From an uncultured Sutterella sp. (lineage in GTDB: Bacteria; Pseudomonadota; Gammaproteobacteria; Burkholderiales; Burkholderiaceae_F): DNA of 30,000 nt. The position numbers were made by a program, and so were the translations under genes. This document shows, piece by piece, positions 23,850-30,000 of this stretch. Location of the stretch: assembly GCA_937943605.1 (NCBI GenBank), contig CALEAW010000089.1, positions 4,592-34,591 of the forward strand, in the 5' to 3' direction. Position 1 is the stretch's first letter. Each line of letters begins with the position of its first letter. The notes below the pieces were generated by a model that was not told the origin of the DNA, did not search any database, and saw nothing but the letters and a program-made list of their open reading frames with translations.

Positions 23850-26800
23850 TTATAGAAAGAGCTTATCTAAACGTTCAATCCATTCTGCGGGCACCGGGTC
23901 ATAGACCACGCCTTGAATATGGTTACCTTCACGGGTGGCCGTCGCTGAGACGCCGCGCAAGAAGACGTAACACGCCCCACCAATCAATGCCGGACTAAAC
24001 GCATCCCCTAAACGCACCTTCAAAAAGCGCCTGAGTGCCACTAAATAAATGAGGTACTGCAAGCGATAGTGGTGCACCGTCATTTCGTCTGCCATCACGG
24101 GTTGCGTAAAGTCTTCGGGCGCACTCACAGAACGCGTAATCGCATTACTCTTCCAGTCCAAAATCCAGAATTTGCCTTTAGCCCCAAACGCCAAGTCAAT
24201 AAACCCAGTTAAATAACCCGCGAGCTCGTTATCAGCCATGCCGTCTACAGCGTAGTCGGGACCAAATTCGGCCAACGTGGCTTTGAGTGCTTCGGTCGTG
24301 AGGCCATCTCGCAAATGTAATAAGAAAGGCATTTCTGAACTTCGTGCCGACATCGGAACGTCACGCAAATAAATACCTGGCAAGATTTCGGCGTTCACGA
24401 CGTCGTAGAGCATTTGCGATGCGGCCGAAATCGCTTCTTCACGTGCCGTATCATCATCAAACGACAAGAAGGCCTCAATCATGCGTTGCGCAATCCGACG
24501 ACGAACGTCATTGGCTTGAGGCGTATCGGGGGCGATTTCAGTAAAGTCGGCGACTTCTAGCATATTGTGGAGACAGTCACCAGCCTTCGTGCCACGCGGA
24601 AAGCCCATGATACCCGTGAGTTTGGCAGGCTTCTTTTTGGAGCCATACCAACCGATCGCCATATCGTCATCGGTTACCGTGCGATTGATGGACGAAAAGC
24701 TACTGATACGCCAGGAGGGCTGAATGGGTTTTGGCTCGTCATAATCAAAATCTTTCAGCGTATGCGTGACGGGATTCGCCGAAAGGCTCGTACGACGCGA
24801 GAGTTTTTCGTTGATGTCCACAATCACAAAGCCAGGCTCTTCTGCGGCCAATGTCTGCAAGCGTTCAATGACCGCTTTTTGGTTGATCTTGGCTGACCCA
24901 TTTAAAGCCATAAAGAACGCATTTGCGAGCCATGGTTTTGCCCACTCGCGAGGTGCTTCACTTAGCCCCCATTTGACTAAATCTGACTCATCGACGCCGA
25001 GCGTTCCTTTGTTGGCTTTTTGGGGCGCCATCACCACCAAATGCGAGACCGCACGCGTCATCCCAACATAAGCCAAACGCACCTTTTCTTCAAGGCGCTT
25101 CGAAAAATGCGCTGAGGTTTCAGTGAGCGTTTTGTGACCCAACCGAATCGTCATGCCTTGGGGCGTACTCTCTTTATAAAGTAAGTCTTTATTCTGAGCT
25201 TTTGTATTCAACTTTTCGGCATGAGGCAAATACACAATCGGGTACTGAAGACCTTTACTCGCATGAATCGTTTCAACCGTGACGAGGTTGGCGTCAGAGG
25301 CTAAGCGTAGGCGACGCTCTTCAGGCGTACTCGTTGACGACGCACGAACCTGCTCAAACCACGCCAATAAGCTCGAAGGCGTCGTGTACTGACGACCTGC
25401 CTCATGCAAAAGTTCCAAAATATGGGCGTAGTTCACCAAACGCGCTTCACCCTCTTCAATGGGCAACAAGCGCTCAGCCACGTTTTGTGTTTCAAAAAGA
25501 TAAGCAAAGGCCGCAGCTACACCGGCACGACGCCACCGTTCAACCCCTTTTTCAAAGGCAAGACGTAACGCCGTGCGACGCGCTTCATCATCGGTCAAGA
25601 TGTCTGAGAGCTTGTCACCCAAAAAGCGTGTGGTGCGTGCCGCTGCCATCACCTTTTCGTTACTAGGCGACTCAAAGGCATGCAGAAGTCGAACGATTTC
25701 TTCAGCCTCTTCGGTTTGAAAAACATCCCCTTGACCACGCATGGCGACGCGCACTTGTCGTTGGGCGAGTGCCTTACGGATCGCGGTAACGTGTTCGCGC
25801 TTTTGAATCAAGATCGCAATGTCGCCAGGCATCACGGCGCGTAAAGGCACCGTGACCCCATCAACCTCGACCGAGCCAATGACTTCGTCATGAGGACCCG
25901 CTGCGAGCCCCATTTGTTTATAGCGACCTTTGGCAATCAAGCGTGCAATATCGTCCGCAATCGTTTCAGCTGTCACGACACCAATATCATCGACGCCGTA
26001 GTATGCCGTCCACCACTCTAATGCGGGCGCCTCTTGCCAAACACCGTCAATCAGTTCAAAAAGGCCATACACCTTCGAATTGGTCTTGACGGGTTCATAG
26101 CCCAAGTCATGACGCAAAAATGCACTTTCGGTGGGATGCTTAAAAAACGCGTTGACCGCATTCATGAGTTTGGGGCATGAGCGGAAGTTTTTCTCAAGTC
26201 TCGCGTGATGACGAATAAGCGCCTTGGCACGCATATAGGTATCCAAGTCCGCCGATCTAAAGCTATAAATGGCTTGCTTGGGGTCACCCACAAAAAAGAG
26301 CGCGCGCGATGCGTTTGACGCCTCTTCATTTTCTGGGATCTGCAAAAAGAGCTGATTAAAGATCTCAAATTGCACAGGGTCCGTATCTTGAAATTCGTCA
26401 ATCAAAACACCCCGATAGGCCTCACGAATGCTTTGCGCAAACTTGCCATCGGTATCGTTTTGAAGGGCCCACCAGAGGTCTGACAGTAAATCGTCAAAGG
26501 TCCCCGTACGGGTCGAACGCTTAAGGTCGCGTAACGCCTGAGGCGCTTCTTGAACGAAAGCCTCTAAAACAGGGAGCACACAAGAGTCGGCATCTTCGAT
26601 ATTAATCTGACGTGGCGCGAGTGCTGCTGGGATCGCCGTCAAGGTCTCTAATTTCTTTTCCCAATCAACCCCCATCATGATCTCACGACGCACCTCGTCG
26701 GTCGGGGCATTCGCTAACGCACGACGCAAAAAGTCTTCAACCACTTGCTGACGCAAAGGCAAATCGTCGTCTGAATACTCACGATCAAAGTACCCTGAAG

Positions 26801-27521
26801 ACGTAAAGACGTGGTTTGTCAACGTTCTTTGACAAAAGCCATGAATCGTCGAAATCGAGGCATCATCAAAACTTGCCATCGCCGCACGCAGTCGCTTGAC
26901 AGCCTCAGCCTGATCACGTCCTTCGTCAGTCCAACGCGCTGCCTGCGTCACGATCATGCTGTCCACGTCAGAAGCACCCAAGTGACCAGTCAAAAAGCCT
27001 AGCATTTCACTCAAATGGTCACGAATACGGGTTTTGAGTTCAGCCGTCGCCGCACGCGTAAAAGTCACCACGAGGAGCTTTTCGATCGGCATCTTTTCTT
27101 CAACAATCAAACGTAAGACGAGGTGTTTGATCGAAAAGGTTTTGCCAGTCCCAGCGGACGCTTCTAAAAGCGTGGGCGTTGTGAGCGACGCTGTCACCAC
27201 GTCAAAGGCGGGCGTCACGCCATCGCTCGCCTTAGCCCCATCAACAGGGTCAATGGCTTGCGTCGGTTCGTGCGCTTTCGGTGCTTTGGTCATTTCGAGC
27301 TCTCCGGCTGCCTTGGGTGTTTCGGGGACGACGGGCGTTTCAAGAGCGTCCATCGCCATAGATGAAGCCATCAAAGACACCTCGGTCTCGTCGTCCATAG
27401 GCGGCATATCAGCCATAGCGTCCCAGGCAGCCAAGCTCGCATCACTTTCGGTAGCCACGACGCCAACATCGTCGTCACTCATCGGCGGGACTTCATCAAA
27501 CATTGAATCATTTGGCTTCAT
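23850..27521 (-). CDS. recB: Exodeoxyribonuclease V beta subunit RecB (UvrD-like helicase plus C-terminal PD-(D/E)XK nuclease), with an approximately 98-aa acidic N-terminal extension
   Basis: 1223 aa, with LLEASAGTGKTF (Walker A at aa 124-128), LIDEFQDTD, and the C-terminal nuclease motif GFIDLAF...WILDWKSN...Y.LQY.IY. Its ATG overlaps the recC TGA as ATGA (27518-27521). Confidence 0.9.
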   Translation of the reverse strand: MKPNDSMFDEVPPMSDDDVGVVATESDASLAAWDAMADMPPMDDETEVSLMASSMAMDALETPVVPETPKAAGELEMTKAPKAHEPTQAIDPVDGAKASDGVTPAFDVVTASLTTPTLLEASAGTGKTFSIKHLVLRLIVEEKMPIEKLLVVTFTRAATAELKTRIRDHLSEMLGFLTGHLGASDVDSMIVTQAARWTDEGRDQAEAVKRLRAAMASFDDASISTIHGFCQRTLTNHVFTSSGYFDREYSDDDLPLRQQVVEDFLRRALANAPTDEVRREIMMGVDWEKKLETLTAIPAALAPRQINIEDADSCVLPVLEAFVQEAPQALRDLKRSTRTGTFDDLLSDLWWALQNDTDGKFAQSIREAYRGVLIDEFQDTDPVQFEIFNQLFLQIPENEEASNASRALFFVGDPKQAIYSFRSADLDTYMRAKALIRHHARLEKNFRSCPKLMNAVNAFFKHPTESAFLRHDLGYEPVKTNSKVYGLFELIDGVWQEAPALEWWTAYYGVDDIGVVTAETIADDIARLIAKGRYKQMGLAAGPHDEVIGSVEVDGVTVPLRAVMPGDIAILIQKREHVTAIRKALAQRQVRVAMRGQGDVFQTEEAEEIVRLLHAFESPSNEKVMAAARTTRFLGDKLSDILTDDEARRTALRLAFEKGVERWRRAGVAAAFAYLFETQNVAERLLPIEEGEARLVNYAHILELLHEAGRQYTTPSSLLAWFEQVRASSTSTPEERRLRLASDANLVTVETIHASKGLQYPIVYLPHAEKLNTKAQNKDLLYKESTPQGMTIRLGHKTLTETSAHFSKRLEEKVRLAYVGMTRAVSHLVVMAPQKANKGTLGVDESDLVKWGLSEAPREWAKPWLANAFFMALNGSAKINQKAVIERLQTLAAEEPGFVIVDINEKLSRRTSLSANPVTHTLKDFDYDEPKPIQPSWRISSFSSINRTVTDDDMAIGWYGSKKKPAKLTGIMGFPRGTKAGDCLHNMLEVADFTEIAPDTPQANDVRRRIAQRMIEAFLSFDDDTAREEAISAASQMLYDVVNAEILPGIYLRDVPMSARSSEMPFLLHLRDGLTTEALKATLAEFGPDYAVDGMADNELAGYLTGFIDLAFGAKGKFWILDWKSNAITRSVSAPEDFTQPVMADEMTVHHYRLQYLIYLVALRRFLKVRLGDAFSPALIGGACYVFLRGVSATATREGNHIQGVVYDPVPAEWIERLDKLFL

Positions 27522-30000
27522 TTAGCGGCCTCCGTCGGCGCTTCTTGGATTGACAGACAAAAATCATTGGGTAGCGTCAAATCGCGATTTTCTTCAAGCA
27601 TCGCAAACCTCAATAGTGATGCAAGGTCAATTTTCACGGCGTCATAAGCCCCTGGGGCATTCCCCATCACAAAGTTCGGCAACATGCTGCTCAACGCCTT
27701 TTCGCGTTCATACGTGATCGATTGCGCCTCTTCCAGATGTCGACCGCGCCACAAGATTTGGTCTGCACGTTGGTCGGGTGTGCCGCTCTGAGAAAAGCGC
27801 TGACCATTAAAGTCGGTGCCAATGAGCGGGCTTTGTGAGCGCACTAAATACGGAATCATAAAAAGACGCAAGAAGTCTTTGGCGAGCGTCGCATCGCAAG
27901 CGGGGAGCTGCAAGCACACCAAACCATGCGCGTCAGCCTCCTCTTTTTTCATGAGCTTTTGAAGGTTTTTATCCCACACGCAAACGAGCCACGCTTCATT
28001 GATCTCGTTCGCAGCGCAAGCCACGAGATAGGTCAATAGTTCACGCAAGATCGATAAACTTGATGACTTCGAAGCACTCAATCGCACCAAACGACGACGA
28101 TCCTCTTTGACATAGATCCCTTTGAGGCGTGCCAAGAGGTGAGGCATATCGTTACCCAAATCAAGGTCCACATCGATATCGTCGACAGGGGTGTCAACCG
28201 CTAACGTCTGATGGTATTGGAAGAGCGCCTGACCAAATGCTGTATCCGCCTCTCCATACCATTCACGCACGCCTTGTGCCCCATACAAGGGGTTCGCTTT
28301 GACACAGGTGTCCCAAGCTTCGGTCGTACACCCGGCTAAGAAAGCTTGATAAGCATCATGGCGCCGCTTCCAACGACCTAACCCCTTTTCTTCAGGCAAC
28401 AAGCCTTCGGCGGCACCTTCATCTTGCGCTTCTAACCAAATGCCCGCTGCCCCTAATGTGCGTGTGGAAGGCTTTTTCCAAAAGTCGACCAAGGCACGTA
28501 ATGTGACCGTTTGCATCGGTTGATCTTTGAGCCCTGTATCCGCAAAGACAGGATCAGCCTCACTATAGTCGGACGCCATGGCTTTTTGGACAGCCTCAAA
28601 TAAACGCGCATCGTGACTACGCCAATCGCGATTGCCATACATAAAGTTCGATTGCGAGAAGGCGTTGAGTGGCACAGTGACCGTGAGTTGATCGGCCACC
28701 TGACGGCGCTCGTCTCGATTGTCGGTAAAGTCGAGCAACCAATCACGCAGCTCTTGGGCAACAATCGAAGGTTGACGTTCGTTCGCGGCTTCGCCAGTGC
28801 CACAGACATATGAAATCAAGAAACGGTCGCGTGCGGCTAACAATAAGTCTAAGAAGACATTGCGATTATCCACGCGACTATCTCGGTCACCTCGACGGGG
28901 TGCAACTGCCATCAAGTCAAATTCATGTCGACGCATGGTGCCCGGAAACGAACAATCGTCGTTGAGCCCCACAATGGCAATGATGCGATAAGGCAAGGGA
29001 CGCAACTGTGCCATGCCCGTGAGGGTCACTCGGTTGCTAGGCAACCCGCCGCCTGGGGCCATCTCTAATTGCGACTCAACGGACGACATAAAGAGGTCAA
29101 AAGGCACTGCCATGGGTGTCTCCCCAAAGCTTGCGCGTTCAATGTCTTCACGCACAGCCGCCGCAGCCTGGCGCACACGATTAAAGCCATTTCCCTCTTC
29201 TTTAAAGAGTAACGTCATCGCATCCATGAGCCAAGCCATCCACTCACTCGCGGTGGCGGACTCGACAATACGCGTTCGGAAAGCTTCTAAATAGCTCGAC
29301 AGACGTGCCAGGGCATCCAATAAGACAGGACGGTCGCCCACAGAAGTCCACCCTCTTTCTTCTGTCCCTACGACTGGTAGCGTGTCAAATAAGGGGGTCG
29401 ATACGTCGTTTGGCAAGCAAAAGCCGAGCGTCAAGCGTTCAATTGCACGCGCGAGCGTCATGTCTTTTGCAACCGCAAAGGTAACTGGATCGAGTGTATT
29501 GAGATGCGCGTCAGAAAGCCCGTATCGGTAACCTGCCGTACGTAACCACATTTCAATCGTGGGCATATCGTCGCTAGTTAAACCAAATTTGCTTGCGACG
29601 GGCGGCAACGAAATCCAGGCCATCAGCGATTCGCGAGTCGCACGACCTGTGAGCAATTTACCTAGCCCCAGCACAGCCTGCGCAGCTTGGTCACCATCTA
29701 AATAGGAGAGCCCAGAGATACGCCACTCAATCCGCGCGTCAGCTGGTTGGCTTTCAAAGACTTTTTCCATCAAAGGCGCGGTTGCTGACAAATCAGGCGT
29801 CACGATTAAAACGTCGTCCGGTCTTAGGCTAGGATCCTCACGGAATCGCGCCTGCAACCAATCGAGCAAAGCCTCAAGCTCACGCGTTGCCGTGGGCGCA
29901 CGCATGAATTGTAAAGAGCGATCTTCAGGGTTAAAAAGCGGCGCACCATCCGCGGTCAGTTTGAGGTCAGGATTGAGATTCAAAATCGAATCTTGAATAC
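27518..30000 (-). CDS. recC: Exodeoxyribonuclease V gamma subunit RecC (5'-partial, continues beyond the window)
   Basis: The reading frame stays open from 29983 to the window edge, and the track 'M' at 29983 is a TTG. About 827 aa are visible, against roughly 1120 aa for full-length E. coli RecC as I recall. It sits immediately upstream of recB and is translationally coupled to it. Confidence 0.8.
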   Translation of the reverse strand, partial: IQDSILNLNPDLKLTADGAPLFNPEDRSLQFMRAPTATRELEALLDWLQARFREDPSLRPDDVLIVTPDLSATAPLMEKVFESQPADARIEWRISGLSYLDGDQAAQAVLGLGKLLTGRATRESLMAWISLPPVASKFGLTSDDMPTIEMWLRTAGYRYGLSDAHLNTLDPVTFAVAKDMTLARAIERLTLGFCLPNDVSTPLFDTLPVVGTEERGWTSVGDRPVLLDALARLSSYLEAFRTRIVESATASEWMAWLMDAMTLLFKEEGNGFNRVRQAAAAVREDIERASFGETPMAVPFDLFMSSVESQLEMAPGGGLPSNRVTLTGMAQLRPLPYRIIAIVGLNDDCSFPGTMRRHEFDLMAVAPRRGDRDSRVDNRNVFLDLLLAARDRFLISYVCGTGEAANERQPSIVAQELRDWLLDFTDNRDERRQVADQLTVTVPLNAFSQSNFMYGNRDWRSHDARLFEAVQKAMASDYSEADPVFADTGLKDQPMQTVTLRALVDFWKKPSTRTLGAAGIWLEAQDEGAAEGLLPEEKGLGRWKRRHDAYQAFLAGCTTEAWDTCVKANPLYGAQGVREWYGEADTAFGQALFQYHQTLAVDTPVDDIDVDLDLGNDMPHLLARLKGIYVKEDRRRLVRLSASKSSSLSILRELLTYLVACAANEINEAWLVCVWDKNLQKLMKKEEADAHGLVCLQLPACDATLAKDFLRLFMIPYLVRSQSPLIGTDFNGQRFSQSGTPDQRADQILWRGRHLEEAQSITYEREKALSSMLPNFVMGNAPGAYDAVKIDLASLLRFAMLEENRDLTLPNDFCLSIQEAPTEAAK

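Noticed and set aside
27034-27525. 163-aa plus-strand ORF opposite the recB N-terminal extension.
   Set aside because: It is antisense to a region covered by a translationally coupled recB start. Its product is Ser/Thr/Ala-rich and low-complexity, with no start context. It is most likely spurious.
1-30000. Searched by eye for CRISPR repeats, IS inverted repeats, transposase, integrase or phage genes, toxin-antitoxin pairs and known defence-system domains.
   Set aside because: None were found. Every ORF longer than 250 aa is accounted for by metabolic, transport, stress or RecBCD functions, or by the antisense shadow ORFs noted above.

Overview
This is a chromosomal window with Proteobacteria-like gene content, roughly 50% GC by eye, and almost everything is on the minus strand. 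(1) 67-11683 is a ten-gene, single-orientation anaerobic carnitine block: caiT-caiA-caiB-caiC, a MaoC/hydratase-2 double hot-dog gene, fixA-fixB-fixC-fixX, and a yaaU-like MFS transporter. The hot-dog gene sits where E. coli has the crotonase caiD. No caiD, caiE or caiF is visible in the window. (2) 11684-12652 is a ~0.97 kb AT-rich region with no ORF of 60 aa or more. It carries a reiterated ATCTTGTAAAA-type motif and a perfect palindrome close to caiT. (3) 12653-15211 holds stress-type genes: an AIM24/TIGR00266-like gene, a tandem USP, and an Hsp20 with a sigma32-like promoter. (4) 15298-16491 is a sotB-like MFS exporter. (5) 16623-21801 is a ybhGFSR-like HlyD plus fused ABC ATPase plus two ABC-2 permeases. 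(6) 21912-30000 is recD, recB and a 5'-truncated recC, translationally coupled. I found no rRNA, tRNA, CRISPR array, transposase or integrase. The best candidate for something new is the rewired cai-fix operon: a non-homologous dehydratase, a unidirectional fusion with fixABCX-yaaU, and an unusual upstream control region. All family assignments come from reading motifs and recalling E. coli homologues, not from a database search.
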